From positions 490 through 64,489 of the forward strand of contig DASTKG010000143.1 in the NCBI GenBank assembly GCA_035716005.1: DNA of 64,000 nucleotides. Reading direction: 5' to 3'. This DNA comes from Candidatus Eiseniibacteriota bacterium. GTDB taxonomy: Bacteria; Eisenbacteria; RBG-16-71-46; SZUA-252. Below, piece after piece: positions 21,605 to 33,294 of the stretch. Positions within the stretch are counted from its first letter, which is position 1. Each line of letters starts with the position of its first letter. The notes under the pieces were generated by a model. That model was not told where the DNA came from and did no database searches. It saw only the letters and a program-made list of their open reading frames with translations. The position numbers and the translations under genes were made by a program.

Positions 21605-22237
21605 GTGACGCGGCGCGTCGATCTCGCGGCGGCGTCCTCCTGGGGGGCCGTCGTGGAGGAGGCCGCGGAGGCGCTTCGCCGCGGCGACGTGGTCGTCCTC
21701 CCGGCCGAGGGCCTCTACGGCTATCACGTTCGCGCCGACGATCCCGCGGCGCTCGCCGCGCTCCAACGCGTGAAGCCGCGGGAGGAAGGGCGCGGATGGA
21801 TCGTGCTGCTGCCGGAGGGCCCTCCGGAGCCTTCCGCCGAGTCGCCGCCCGACCCCTGGCGCGCCTCGCTTCCGTCCGCCGCGGCGGCTCTCGCTCGCGC
21901 CCACTGGCCGGGAGCGCTCACGCTCGTCGTGCCGGCCCCGGGCTGCGCGCTCCCCGAACTGACGGCCCGGGACGGGACGATCGCGCTTCGCTCGCCGGGG
22001 AGCGCCTTCCTGCAATCCGTCCTGCTCGCGACCGGATGCCCGCTCGTTTCGACGTCGGCGAATCGACCGGGGGAGCCGCCGCCCTCCCGCTTCGAGGATT
22101 GCCGGATCGAGGGGGTGGCCCTCGCCGTGGACGCGGGGCCGCTCTCGGGGCTTCCCTCCACCGTGGCGAGGGTGGACGGAAGTACCGTCGAGGTGCTGCG
22201 TTCCGGGGCCCTGAAGGTGGAGGGGGAGGCCCCTTGA
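21605..22237 (+). CDS. tsaC: L-threonylcarbamoyladenylate synthase (YrdC/Sua5 family)
   Basis: YrdC-domain size and an LVSTSANRPGEPP motif. The GTG start is as called by the track. Confidence 0.75.
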   Translation: MTRRVDLAAASSWGAVVEEAAEALRRGDVVVLPAEGLYGYHVRADDPAALAALQRVKPREEGRGWIVLLPEGPPEPSAESPPDPWRASLPSAAAALARAHWPGALTLVVPAPGCALPELTARDGTIALRSPGSAFLQSVLLATGCPLVSTSANRPGEPPPSRFEDCRIEGVALAVDAGPLSGLPSTVARVDGSTVEVLRSGALKVEGEAP

Positions 22238-22298
22238 CGCTCTCTGGTGGCGCCCCTAGACTCGTCCCGTCAAGCCCTCTTCCGACCCTGCGAGGCTC

Positions 22299-22787
22299 AT
22301 GTTCCACGTACTCCTGATCTGCACGGGGAACACCTGCCGTAGCCCGATGGCCGAGGCGCTCTTGCGCTCGATCCTGCCGCCCGAGCTGGCGGGGCAGGTG
22401 TCGGTGGGTTCGGCGGGAACGGGCGCCACGGACGGCGCGCCGGCGACCGATCTCGCGATCGCGACCCTGGCCGCCGAGGAACTCGCGCTCCAGGACCACC
22501 GGTCGCGGGCGCTGACGCCCCGGCTCGTTCGCGAGGCCGATCTGATCCTCGCGATGGAGCCGCGGCACGCGGAATGGGCGCGGAGTCTGGCGCCCGAAGC
22601 GCGCGAGCGGATTCGACTCATCACCGAGCAAGGCGCCGAAGGCGGCGCCGCGGCGCCGGGCATTCGCGATCCCATCGGCGGGACCGCGGAGGACTACGCC
22701 GACACCTTTAACCGGATTCGGAGCCACCTGCTGCGGTGGATCCCTCTCATTCGAGAGGCGGTCGAGCGGCGGGAAGGCGTTCGGTAG
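22299..22787 (+). CDS. low-molecular-weight protein tyrosine (or arginine) phosphatase
   Basis: P-loop CTGNTCRSPMAEA (C-X5-R), 162 aa. Confidence 0.85.
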   Translation: MFHVLLICTGNTCRSPMAEALLRSILPPELAGQVSVGSAGTGATDGAPATDLAIATLAAEELALQDHRSRALTPRLVREADLILAMEPRHAEWARSLAPEARERIRLITEQGAEGGAAAPGIRDPIGGTAEDYADTFNRIRSHLLRWIPLIREAVERREGVR

Positions 22788-22832
22788 CACCGGCGCGGCC
22801 GCGCGAGGCCGCCGCCGGCCACAGGAGGAGCC

Positions 22833-23795
22833 ATGGCGCGGGAAGCCAAGCCTGTCATCTGGATGAACGGAAAGTTCGTCGATCTCGAGAACGCCAAGAT
22901 TCACGTGCTCTCGCACGTCGTCCACTACGGTTCGAGCGTGTTCGAGGGGATCCGCGCGTACGACACGCCGCGCGGCACCGCCATCTTCCGGCTCGACCGC
23001 CACACGCAGCGGCTTCTCGACTCGTGCAAGATCGCCCGCATGGAGCCGACGTTCGGCTACGACGAGCTCATGGAGGCGATGAAGGCGACGGTCCGCGAGA
23101 ACGGCGGCGCCGCCTGCTACCTCCGTCCCGTCGTCTACCGCGGCTACAAGTCGCTCGGCGTGAATCCGACGGGCGTCCCGGTCGACGTGGCGATCGCCAC
23201 GCTCAACTGGGGGAAATACCTCGGCAAGGACGCCCTCGACAAGGGAATCGCGGTGCGGGTCTCCTCGTGGCGCCGGGCCGCCCCCGACACCTTCCCCTTC
23301 ATGGCGAAGACGGGCGCCAATTACATGAACTCCCAGCTCATCAAGCTCGAGGCGATCGCCGACGGCTACGAAGAGGGAATCGCGCTCGACTCCTTCGGCT
23401 TCCTCGCCGAGGGGAGCGGCGAGAATCTCTTCCTCGTGCGCGGGAACACCGTCTTCACGCCGACCCTGGCGAGCGCCATCCTCCCGGGCGTGACGCGGGA
23501 CTGCATCCTGGTCCTCGCGCGCGAGCTCGGCTACGACGTGCGCGAAGAGCAGCTTCCGCGCGAGATGCTCACCGTCGCCGACGAGGTCTTCTTCACCGGC
23601 ACGGCGGCCGAGATCACGCCGATCACCAGCATCGACCGCATGCCGGTCGGAAACGGCAAGGTCGGCCCGGTCACGAAGAAGCTCCAGGCGGCGTTCTTCG
23701 ACATCATCGAGGGACGTTCGCGCGACCGTCACGGCTGGCTCTTCCCGATCGCGGCCACCGGCAAGGTGCAGCGGGCGGCGAAGAAGGCCCGCTGA
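22833..23795 (+). CDS. ilvE: branched-chain amino acid aminotransferase (class IV PLP enzyme)
   Basis: Family-typical length and motifs (ETGENLFLV.., [10 protein letters not shown]). The RBS ACAGGAGGAG precedes the ATG. Confidence 0.85.
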   Translation: MAREAKPVIWMNGKFVDLENAKIHVLSHVVHYGSSVFEGIRAYDTPRGTAIFRLDRHTQRLLDSCKIARMEPTFGYDELMEAMKATVRENGGAACYLRPVVYRGYKSLGVNPTGVPVDVAIATLNWGKYLGKDALDKGIAVRVSSWRRAAPDTFPFMAKTGANYMNSQLIKLEAIADGYEEGIALDSFGFLAEGSGENLFLVRGNTVFTPTLASAILPGVTRDCILVLARELGYDVREEQLPREMLTVADEVFFTGTAAEITPITSIDRMPVGNGKVGPVTKKLQAAFFDIIEGRSRDRHGWLFPIAATGKVQRAAKKAR

Positions 23796-23805
23796 AAGGG
23801 AGCGC

Positions 23806-25125
23806 GTGAGCCCCGCTCCGGTGCCGCCCCCGTCGCCCGCCACGGCCGCGTCGAACGACGCGGGGCCGGGCGCGCGCGACGCGGCGCTGACGTTCGTCGA
23901 CCCCGAGATCGCCGACGCGATCGCGCGGGAGACGCGCCGCCAGCGCGGCACGCTCGAGCTGATCGCCTCCGAGAACTTCGTGAGCGAGGCGGTCCTCGAG
24001 GCGGTGGGCTCTCCCCTCACCAACAAGTACGCCGAGGGCTATCCCGGCAAGCGCTACTACGGCGGGTGCGAGTTCGTCGACGTCGCCGAATCGCTCGCCA
24101 TCGAACGGGCCAAGGCGCTCTTCGGCGCCGACCACGCGAACGTGCAGCCGCACGCCGGCGCCCAGGCGAATCTGGCCGCCTACATGGCCCTCATGCCTCC
24201 GGGCTCCACGCTCCTCGGCATGAAGCTCGCGCACGGCGGCCACCTGACGCACGGGCACAAGGTCTCCTGGTCGGGGATCATCTTCAAGGCGGTCCAGTAC
24301 GGGCTCTCGCCCGAGACCGGCACCCTCGACTACGACGAGGTCGCGTCGCTGGCCCGCGAGCATCGCCCCCAGGTGATCGTCGCCGGGGCGAGCGCGTACC
24401 CTCGCTTCATCGACTTCGCCCGCTTCCGGGCGATCGCCGACGAGGTCGGCGCGAAGCTCGTGGTCGACATGGCCCACATCGCGGGGCTCGTCGCGGCGGG
24501 GGTCCATCCGAGCCCCGTCCCCGATTCGCACGTCGTCACGACCACCACCCACAAGACGCTCCGCGGCCCCCGGAGCGGGCTCATCCTCTGCAAGAGCGAA
24601 TTCGCGAAAGCGGTTGATAAAGCTGTCTTTCCGGGTATGCAGGGTGGGCCACTCATGCACGTCATCGCGGCCAAGGCGGTCTGCTTCAAGGAGGCCGCCT
24701 CGTCCGACTTCAGGCTCTACGCGGCGCGAGTCGTCGAGAACGCCAAGACGCTCGCCGACGAGCTCCTGGCGCGCGGCTACCAACTCGTCACGGGCGGAAC
24801 CGACAATCACCTTCTCCTCGTCGACTTCAAGAAGGCCGACTTCTCGGGGGCCGAAGCTGAAACCGCGCTCCATCACGCGGGTATCACGGTGAACAAGAAC
24901 GCCGTCCCCGACGATCCGCGCCCGCCGGCCGTCACGAGCGGGATCCGGATCGGGACCGCCGCCGTCACGACGCGCGGTCTCGGCGTCGCGGAGATGAAGC
25001 TCCTCGCGGGCTGGATCGACGAAGCGATCCGCGCCCGGAACGACGCCACGGCCCTCGCCGCGATCGAGCGGCAGGTGACCGATCTCTGCCGCGCCTATCC
25101 GCTCTACTCGGGCCGGCTCGTCTAG
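23806..25125 (+). CDS. glyA: serine hydroxymethyltransferase
   Basis: [18 protein letters not shown]-lysine motif. Confidence 0.9.
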   Translation: MSPAPVPPPSPATAASNDAGPGARDAALTFVDPEIADAIARETRRQRGTLELIASENFVSEAVLEAVGSPLTNKYAEGYPGKRYYGGCEFVDVAESLAIERAKALFGADHANVQPHAGAQANLAAYMALMPPGSTLLGMKLAHGGHLTHGHKVSWSGIIFKAVQYGLSPETGTLDYDEVASLAREHRPQVIVAGASAYPRFIDFARFRAIADEVGAKLVVDMAHIAGLVAAGVHPSPVPDSHVVTTTTHKTLRGPRSGLILCKSEFAKAVDKAVFPGMQGGPLMHVIAAKAVCFKEAASSDFRLYAARVVENAKTLADELLARGYQLVTGGTDNHLLLVDFKKADFSGAEAETALHHAGITVNKNAVPDDPRPPAVTSGIRIGTAAVTTRGLGVAEMKLLAGWIDEAIRARNDATALAAIERQVTDLCRAYPLYSGRLV

Positions 25126-25149
25126 CACCCGCGACCCCCGGAAAACCGA

Positions 25150-26135
<986 letters not shown>

Positions 26136-26139
<4 letters not shown>

Positions 26140-27011
26140 TCACGCCGGAGCTTCTCGCTCAGGTCCGCCGGCTGACGATCCGAAGCCGCCGGGCGGTCGA
26201 GGAGGTTTTCTCCGGGGCGTACCGGAGCGCCTTCCGCGGGCAGGGGCTCGAATTCGCGGAAGTTCGTGAATACGTGCCCGGCGACGACATCCGATCGATC
26301 GACTGGAACGTGACGGCCCGGGCCGGCCGCCCCTTCGTGAAGCGTTTCGACGAGGAGCGCGAGCTGACGGTGATCGTGGCCCTCGACCTCTCGGGATCGC
26401 TCGCGTTCGGCAGCCGCTCTCGCGCGAAGCGCGACGCCGCCGCGGAGGCGGGCGCGCTCCTGGCGCTCGCGGCCGCGCGCAATCGCGATCGCGTCGGCCT
26501 CCTCCTCTTCACCGACCGCGTGGAGCTCTTCCTTCCGCCGGGGAAGAGCCGCTCTCGGGCGCTCCGCATCGCGCGCGAACTCCTCGCGTTCGAGCCGGAG
26601 GGGCGCGGCACCGACCTCGGCGCGGCGTTCGGCTTCCTCCATCGCGTCCTGCGCCGGCGCTCCGTCGTCTTCCTCATCTCCGACTGGCGCGGCGCCGGAT
26701 TCGATCGCCCCCTCTCGCTCCTCGCGCGGAAACACGACGTCGTGGCGCTCGACGTCGCCGATCCGCTGGAGCGGGAGGCTCCCACGCGAGGACTCCTCCG
26801 CGTGCGCGACCTCGAGACCGGCAAGGCGGCCTGGGTCGACGCCTCCTCCCGCGCGGCGCGCGGCGCCTGGCGCGCGGCCGTGGCCCGCCGCGGGAAAGAA
26901 CTCGATCAGACCTTCCGGCGCGCCGGGGTGCCGCGGCTCTCGCTCGACGCGGAACGCGCGGCGGCTCCGGTCCTCATCCGCTACTTCGAGCGCCGCGCGG
27001 CCTCTCGGTAG
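26136..27011 (+). CDS. DUF58 domain protein (VWA-like, MoxR partner)
   Basis: DUF58-typical DIRSIDWNVTAR and VIVALDLSGSL. The start overlaps the moxR stop. Confidence 0.75.
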
Positions 27012-27015
27012 GGCG

Positions 27016-28068
27016 ATGCGCGCGCGCCGACTGACTCGCCCGCGCGGAGCGATCGCCGCGGCGTTCGCGTTCGCGGTCCTCGTCCCGGCGCTGGCCGGCT
27101 GCGGCGGCTCGAACGAGGCGGGGAGCGCGCGCGAGCGGGACGAGCAGCGCGCCTACGGCCGCGTGGTGGCGCGAAGCGAAGTCTCGCCGCGCCGCGTCAC
27201 GCTCGGCGATCCCGTCGTCTGGACCCTGACCGCGACCCTGCCGCCGACGAGCGTCCCGGGAGCGGTGCGGCTCGCGCCGGCTCCCGCCACGCTCGAGATC
27301 GTGCCCCGCGGCGAACCGACGATCCGTCCCGCGCGGGGCGCCGTCGTCTGGAGCCGCGTCTACGATCTTCGAGGCTTCGATCTCGGCCCGCTTCCGCTTC
27401 CCGAGGCGCTCCTGCGCGTCAACGTGGGGCGGCCCGGGAGCGTCGTCGTCCGCGACTCGCTCCTCTTTCCGCCCGACACGCTCGCGGTCGATTCGCTCAC
27501 GCCGGCCGCGACCGGCGCCCTCTCGCCCGATCGCGGGCCCGTCGATCCGGGACTCCGGCCGATCGACGTCGCGGTCGCCGTGGGGTTGGCGCTGCTCGTC
27601 GTGGGACTCCTCGTCGCGCTCGTCCTGGCTTGGCGGCGCAGGCGGGCTCGCCCCGAGCCGGCCCTCCCCGGCGAGGCGCCGGAAGCCCCGTTCGCGCGGG
27701 CGCTCGAGTCGCTCCGGCAGGACGGCCCGGCCCTTCCGCGCGACGCGTTCCACGACCGCCTGAGCGACGCCATCCGCCGCTACGTGACCGCGGCGACCGG
27801 CGTCGACGCCATCGATCTCACGACGCGCGAGCTGGAGCGCGAGCTGAGACGCTCGCCGCGCGCCCGCGACGAGGCGGCGGCCGAGGTGGTCCGCATCCTT
27901 CGCCGCTCCGACCTCGTGAAGTTCGCGCGCCGCTCCGACGCGTGGGAGGAGGCGAAGACGCTCCTGGAGGACGCGGCCCGCCTCTCCGGCGCCGTGGCGG
28001 CGGAGCCCGCGCCTGGAGCGGAGCCCGCACCCGCTCCCACGCCCGCGCCCGGACGGGAAGGGACGTAG
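27016..28068 (+). CDS. hypothetical lipoprotein/membrane protein of the Bat-type operon (DUF4381-like position)
   Basis: Lipobox-like LAGCGG signal, an internal TM helix (VAVGLALLVVGLLVALVLAW), and conserved position between the DUF58 gene and batA. Confidence 0.5.
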   Translation: MRARRLTRPRGAIAAAFAFAVLVPALAGCGGSNEAGSARERDEQRAYGRVVARSEVSPRRVTLGDPVVWTLTATLPPTSVPGAVRLAPAPATLEIVPRGEPTIRPARGAVVWSRVYDLRGFDLGPLPLPEALLRVNVGRPGSVVVRDSLLFPPDTLAVDSLTPAATGALSPDRGPVDPGLRPIDVAVAVGLALLVVGLLVALVLAWRRRRARPEPALPGEAPEAPFARALESLRQDGPALPRDAFHDRLSDAIRRYVTAATGVDAIDLTTRELERELRRSPRARDEAAAEVVRILRRSDLVKFARRSDAWEEAKTLLEDAARLSGAVAAEPAPGAEPAPAPTPAPGREGT

Positions 28069-28071
28069 CCG

Positions 28072-29058
28072 ATGCGATTCGCCGCGCCCTGGTTCCTCCT
28101 CCTCCTGCTGCCGCTCCTCGCGGGCTGGCTCCTACGCTGGCGCCGTTCCCGCTGGCGCGAGCCGGAGCTTCCCGTGTCGAGCCTCGCGGCCTTTCCGTCG
28201 CCGAAGGGTTGGAAGCCGCGGATCGCGCCCCTCGCGGGCCGGCTCGTGGCGCTGGCGAGCCTCGCCTTCGTCGTCGCGGCGGCGCGCCCGCAGGCGGGAC
28301 GCGAAATGCGCGAGGTCGTGAGCGAGGGCATCGACATCGTTCTCGCCATCGATCTCTCGGGGAGCATGCGCTGCGAGGACTTCCGGCCGCAGAACCGGCT
28401 CTACGTCGCGAAAGCGGTGGCGAAGGAATTCCTGAAGGGGCGGAAGCAGGACCGGATCGGGCTCGTGGCCTTCGCGGGACGGAGCGAGCTGATCGCGCCG
28501 CTCACGCTCGACTACGACGGGCTCGCGTCGCTCATCGACGGGCTCGATTTCGGGATGCTCCCCGACGGGACCGCGGTCGGCGCGGCCGTGGCGCAGGGCG
28601 CGCAGCGGCTGCGCGAGGCGAAGGGGAAGAGTCGCGTGCTGATCCTCCTCACGGACGGAATCAACAACGCGGGCGCGATCGACCCGATCACCGCGGCGAG
28701 GCTCGCGGCCGCCGTGGGCGTGCGGGTCTACACCATCGGCGCGGGAACGCAGGGGCAGGCGCCCTTTCCCGTCGACGATCCGATCGTGGGACGCCGCTAC
28801 GTCTGGGTCCGATCGGAGGTGGACGAGCCGACGCTCCAGGCGGTCGCCACCGTGACGCACGGGCGTTTCTTCCGCGCGACGACCGCGGCCCTCCTCTCCC
28901 GCGTCTATCAGGAGATCGACAAACTGGAACCGTCGCGCATCGAGACGCGTTCGTATACGCAGTGGGCCGAGGTCGGCCCGATCTTCCTGGCGGCGGGGCT
29001 CGCGCTTCTGGGGCTCGACCTCCTCCTCCGCGCCACGCTGCTCAGGCGGTATCCCTAG
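28072..29058 (+). CDS. batA: BatA-like von Willebrand factor A domain membrane protein
   Basis: N-terminal TM, VWA MIDAS motif DLSGSM and a C-terminal TM. Confidence 0.75.
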   Translation: MRFAAPWFLLLLLPLLAGWLLRWRRSRWREPELPVSSLAAFPSPKGWKPRIAPLAGRLVALASLAFVVAAARPQAGREMREVVSEGIDIVLAIDLSGSMRCEDFRPQNRLYVAKAVAKEFLKGRKQDRIGLVAFAGRSELIAPLTLDYDGLASLIDGLDFGMLPDGTAVGAAVAQGAQRLREAKGKSRVLILLTDGINNAGAIDPITAARLAAAVGVRVYTIGAGTQGQAPFPVDDPIVGRRYVWVRSEVDEPTLQAVATVTHGRFFRATTAALLSRVYQEIDKLEPSRIETRSYTQWAEVGPIFLAAGLALLGLDLLLRATLLRRYP

Positions 29059-29059
29059 G

Positions 29060-30082
29060 ATGGGCGGCATGCGCTGGGCGGCTCCCGAGTGGTTCGCGCT
29101 TCTCTGGCTCCTGCCGGTCGCCGCGGCCTTTCTGGTCTGGATCGCGCGCGCGCGCCGGCGGGACGAGGAAGCGCTCGGCGATCCCGCGGCGCTCCGGCGG
29201 CGATGGGGCGCGCCGGGGGCGTGGAGCCCGCTCGTTCGCTCGGCGCTCCTGCTCGGCGCGGTCGCGGCCGCCATCGTCGCGCTCGCCCGTCCGCAGGCGG
29301 GGCTTCGCCTCGTGAGCACGACGAGCACCGGTCCCGACGTGGTGATCGCGCTCGACCTGTCGGAGAGCATGCGCGCGCGCGACGTCCGTCCCGACCGCCT
29401 GGTGGCGGCGCAGCGGGAGATCGCGGCGCTCCTCGCGTCGCTCGAGGGCTCCGGCGTCGGGCTCGTCGGTTTCGCCGGCGAGGCGCGGGTCCTGAGCCCT
29501 CTCACGACCGACGTCGAGGGACTGCGCGATCGGATCGACGCGGCGAGCCCCGAGGAGATGGATATCCCGGGCACCGACGTGGGCGCCGCGGTGGCGCTGG
29601 CGGGCCAGCTCCTGAAACGCCCCGGGGAGCGGCCGCGCGCCATCGTCCTCGTGACCGACGGAGAGCAGCAGGAAGGGGAGATCGCGCGCGGATTGCCGAT
29701 CGTGCGGGCCGCGGGCGCCTCGCTCTTCGTGCTCGGCGTCGGAACGCCCGAGGGGAGTTCCATACCGATCGTCGATTCGACCGGCGCCGTCGTGGGGGTG
29801 AAGCGGGACCGCGCGGGCCGCGAAGTGAGGACGCGCCTGGTGGAGGATGGATTGCGGGAGCTGGCGAGACGCGCGGGCGGGCAGTACGAACGGGCCGACG
29901 GAAGCGGGCGCGCCGGAAGGCACGCCGCGGCCGTCGCGCGCGGGCTCGCGCTCGGAGCCCGCGGGGATCGCGGCGGGCGCTCCCTTCGCGCGTACGACGA
30001 GCGCTTCCACTGGCTCGCGGCGATCGCGGTCCTCCTCCTCGCCGGCGAGAGCTTCGTTCCGCGGCGAAGGGAGGACGCATGA
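29060..30082 (+). CDS. batB: BatB-like VWA domain membrane protein
   Basis: VWA MIDAS motif DLSESM, a BatA paralogue with N- and C-terminal TM segments. Confidence 0.7.
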   Translation: MGGMRWAAPEWFALLWLLPVAAAFLVWIARARRRDEEALGDPAALRRRWGAPGAWSPLVRSALLLGAVAAAIVALARPQAGLRLVSTTSTGPDVVIALDLSESMRARDVRPDRLVAAQREIAALLASLEGSGVGLVGFAGEARVLSPLTTDVEGLRDRIDAASPEEMDIPGTDVGAAVALAGQLLKRPGERPRAIVLVTDGEQQEGEIARGLPIVRAAGASLFVLGVGTPEGSSIPIVDSTGAVVGVKRDRAGREVRTRLVEDGLRELARRAGGQYERADGSGRAGRHAAAVARGLALGARGDRGGRSLRAYDERFHWLAAIAVLLLAGESFVPRRREDA

Positions 30083-30834
30083 CCTCGAAGCGGCGCCGGG
30101 GCCCGGGCGGGATGGGGCGCGCTCCCGTCGAATTCCTCCTGCTCCTCGCGCTCGCGTCGCTCGGCGCGGGCTACGAGTGGGGCGGTCCCGCCGCGCGCGC
30201 GATCCAGCAGCTTCGCGCCGGGAAGTCGCGCGAGGCCGTCTCGTCGTTCGAGGAGGCGAGGCGGGAACGGCCGGCCTCCTCCGCCGTTCGCTACGACCAG
30301 GCGCTCGCGTTCGCCGCCGCCGGCATGGCCGATTCGGCGAGCGCCGCCTACCGCGACGCGCGCGACCTCCAAGGGGCCGCCGGGCGCGCCGCCGCCGCCT
30401 ACAACGAGGGAAACGCCGCCTACCGGCAGGGGAAGATCGAGGACGCCATCGCCGACTACCGCGCGGCGCTGCGGGAGGATCCGAAGCGCGCCGACGCGAA
30501 GCGGAATCTCGAGGAGGCGCTGCGCCGCGCCCGCGAATCGCGCCAGGCGCCGCTCTCGGGGAGCGGCGGAACGCAGGGAGACGGCTCGGGAGGCACGGGG
30601 CAGCGCCAGGGCGGCTCGACGCCCCCGCCGCCGGGCGCGGCGAACGCGCCGAACGATTCGAAGTCCGACTCGAAATCGAAGGATCGTCCCTCGCTCGGCG
30701 CGCCGGCTCCGAATCGCGAGGAGGCGGAGCACTGGCTCGACGCGCTCGAGGCCGAACGCCGCGCGGGACGATCGCGCGAGCAGGCGGCGAAGCGCGCCGC
30801 CTCGAGGGAGGGGAGCGTCGACCGTGACTGGTGA
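30079..30834 (+). CDS. batC: TPR-repeat protein (BatC-like)
   Basis: TPR-like helices (AAYNEGNAAYRQGKIEDAIADYRAAL) and a low-complexity K/S-rich tail. The ATG overlaps the batB stop. Confidence 0.6.
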   Translation: MTSKRRRGPGGMGRAPVEFLLLLALASLGAGYEWGGPAARAIQQLRAGKSREAVSSFEEARRERPASSAVRYDQALAFAAAGMADSASAAYRDARDLQGAAGRAAAAYNEGNAAYRQGKIEDAIADYRAALREDPKRADAKRNLEEALRRARESRQAPLSGSGGTQGDGSGGTGQRQGGSTPPPPGAANAPNDSKSDSKSKDRPSLGAPAPNREEAEHWLDALEAERRAGRSREQAAKRAASREGSVDRDW

Positions 30835-32602
30835 GCGCTCGATCCGGGTCGCGGCGGCCTCGGCGCTCCTCTTCGCGGCGCTCGCGGCGCTCGCGATTCC
30901 GTCGCCCGCGCGGGCGGCGATCATCCAAACCCGGGTGTCGGTCGACCCGCCGGTCGTCATGCTGGGCGAGCCCGTCAACGTCACGGTCACGGTGGAGAGC
31001 GACGGCTTCGCGCAAGCCGAGATCGTCCCTCCCAGTGTGGCGGGACTCTCGATCGAACGCGCCGGAACTTCGCAGAACCTCGTCATGGGCGCGGGGAGCG
31101 TGGTCCGAACCGACGTCTCCGTCTTTCGCGTGACGGCGGCCACGCTCGGGAAGCAGAAGATTCCCTCCTTCGAAGTCGTGTACGACCGGAAGGTCGTCCA
31201 GACCGGCCCGGCCCTCTTCGAGACGGTCTCCTCGCTCCCGAACGCGGGCGCGGCGCCGCGGGGCGGCGATGGGGCCCGGACGCGGCTCTTCGCGAGAATC
31301 GTCGTCGACCGGCGCCACGTCTGGTGGAACGAGCAGATCGTCGCGCGCATCCAGGTCTACTCCCGCTCGCCGCTCGAGGACATGCCGACGTGGGAGCCTC
31401 CCGAGGCGGCCGGATTCTGGAGCGAGCCGCTGGGCGACGCTCGGCACGGCCGCGTGGAGGTCGAGGGCGAGCCGTTCGAGCTCTACGAGCGGATTTTCGC
31501 CTTCTTTCCCACGCGGCCCGGCCGATTGGCGCTCGGGCCCGCGCGCGCGCGCGTCCGGGTCCTTCGCCCGCTCGCGCCCGTCGACGATCCCATCCTGGGA
31601 TTCTTTCCGGGGGCGGCGTCCGAAGTCGTGGAGCTGCCGGTCGAGTCGGCGCCGGTCGACATCGCCGTCGACCCGCTCCCGCGGGGCGCGCCGCCGGGAT
31701 TCCGCGGCGCCGTCGGCCGGCTCGCGCTCGGCGTCCGCGTCGACCGGCCCGCCTCGAGAGTCGGCGAGGCGATCACCGTGTCGACCTCGATCCGCGGCGA
31801 AGGGAACCTCGCCTCCGCCGCCGATCCGACGATCGTCACGCGCCCCGCGGCGCCTTCCTACCCGGCGGGCGCGAAAACCGAATTCGATCGGACCGGCGAT
31901 CGCGTTCGCGGCGTGCGCCGCCGCGACGTCGCCTTCGTGCCCGATCGCCCGGGCTCTCTCCTGGTCCTCCCGATCGAATTCGCCTGGTTCGATCCGGAGG
32001 AAGGGCGATACCGCGTGCAGCGCTCCGACAGCATCGTCGTCCGCGTCTCTCCGGCGAAGGAGGGCGCGGAGGGAGGCGCCGACGTCGCATCGACCGCCAT
32101 GGGAGTGCCGGCGCCGCCGCGGCCCGCCTCACGTGCCGGCGCGGGAGGGCCGCTGACCGGGCTTCCCACGGGCCTTCCGCTCGCCGTCTGGATCCTTTCG
32201 CTGTCGGGTTACGCGGTCGCCGGGGTCGCCGTCGCGTCGAGGCGCCGCGCCGTGCGCGATCCGAAGTGGCGGCGGGCGAGACTCGCCGAGGAGGCGGCGC
32301 GGCGCGTGGACGCCGCGTCGCGCGAAGGGGACGCGGCCCGCGCCGCCGAGCGAACGGAGGCGGCCCTTCGAGACGCGGCCGGGATCCGATTCGGCATCGA
32401 CCCGGAGGGGAGATCGAGACGGGATCTCCTCGAGCGGTTGCGCGCGGCCGGGGTGGGGCCGGAGGAGGTGGAGGAGGTGACGGGGATCCTCGGACGGCTC
32501 GAGCGAGGCGCGTTCGCCCCCGGCGGGCGCGACGACGTCGCGCACGCGATTCGCGAGGCGACGGCGCTCGCCGCGCGCTGGAGGGACGCGTGCCGGAGCT
32601 GA
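30824..32602 (+). CDS. batD: BatD-like protein (oxygen-tolerance family)
   Basis: Signal peptide, a large extracytoplasmic beta-rich region, a single C-terminal TM and a cytoplasmic tail, consistent with BatD architecture. Confidence 0.6.
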   Translation: MTGERSIRVAAASALLFAALAALAIPSPARAAIIQTRVSVDPPVVMLGEPVNVTVTVESDGFAQAEIVPPSVAGLSIERAGTSQNLVMGAGSVVRTDVSVFRVTAATLGKQKIPSFEVVYDRKVVQTGPALFETVSSLPNAGAAPRGGDGARTRLFARIVVDRRHVWWNEQIVARIQVYSRSPLEDMPTWEPPEAAGFWSEPLGDARHGRVEVEGEPFELYERIFAFFPTRPGRLALGPARARVRVLRPLAPVDDPILGFFPGAASEVVELPVESAPVDIAVDPLPRGAPPGFRGAVGRLALGVRVDRPASRVGEAITVSTSIRGEGNLASAADPTIVTRPAAPSYPAGAKTEFDRTGDRVRGVRRRDVAFVPDRPGSLLVLPIEFAWFDPEEGRYRVQRSDSIVVRVSPAKEGAEGGADVASTAMGVPAPPRPASRAGAGGPLTGLPTGLPLAVWILSLSGYAVAGVAVASRRRAVRDPKWRRARLAEEAARRVDAASREGDAARAAERTEAALRDAAGIRFGIDPEGRSRRDLLERLRAAGVGPEEVEEVTGILGRLERGAFAPGGRDDVAHAIREATALAARWRDACRS

Positions 32603-33294
32603 CCCGCGCGGGCGATCTCTACAACGCCGGGAGCGAGGCGCTCGCCAACGGCAATCTGGGCGAGGCGGTCCTCTTCCTTCGCGCGGCGTCGCGGCTCGAG
32701 CCGCGCGCGAAGGACGTGGCGCGGAATGTCTCGATCGCCGAGGCGCGCGTGGCGCTGACGCGCGGCGAGGGACCGACGCGGCTCTCGGGCGGGGGCGGCT
32801 TCGGGCTTTCGAGCGGCGAAGCGTGGCTCCTCGCCGCCCTGCTGATCGCGCTCGGCGCCGCGGGACTGGCGTGGCGCCGCCGGCGCCTCGCGCGGATCGC
32901 CGTTTCGGCCGCCGGCTCGGACGCCCTCCGCGATCCTCGCTCGCTCCTCGCGAGCCGCGTGCTCGACGCCGCGGGGATCGCGGGATTCGCGCTCTCCGCG
33001 TGGCTCGCGGCGGGCGCGGTCATGGAGCGCGTGGCCCCGGAGGCGGTGGTGCTCGATCGATCGCTTCCGCTCACCGCGGCGTCGGGCCAGCCTCTGCCCG
33101 AGGCGCCGGCGCTCGTGGCGGGGGAGCGCGTCCGTCTCGGCGCCGAGCGGGAAGGGCTCGTGGAGATCCGGCTCGGGGGGACGAACGTCGGCTGGGCGCG
33201 CCGGTCGGGCGTGTGGCGGGTGGTCGACGCGTCACGCTATACTCTCCCTTCTTCCACGGATGGGAACGTGCGGCCCGGGAGGACGAATGGATAA
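32590..33294 (+). CDS. batE: BatE-like protein (TPR N-terminus, TM, SH3b-like C-terminus)
   Basis: The GTG start overlaps the batD stop. A TPR-like segment, one TM and a C-terminal beta-rich region are present, in the BatE operon position. Confidence 0.5.
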   Translation: MPELTRAGDLYNAGSEALANGNLGEAVLFLRAASRLEPRAKDVARNVSIAEARVALTRGEGPTRLSGGGGFGLSSGEAWLLAALLIALGAAGLAWRRRRLARIAVSAAGSDALRDPRSLLASRVLDAAGIAGFALSAWLAAGAVMERVAPEAVVLDRSLPLTAASGQPLPEAPALVAGERVRLGAEREGLVEIRLGGTNVGWARRSGVWRVVDASRYTLPSSTDGNVRPGRTNG

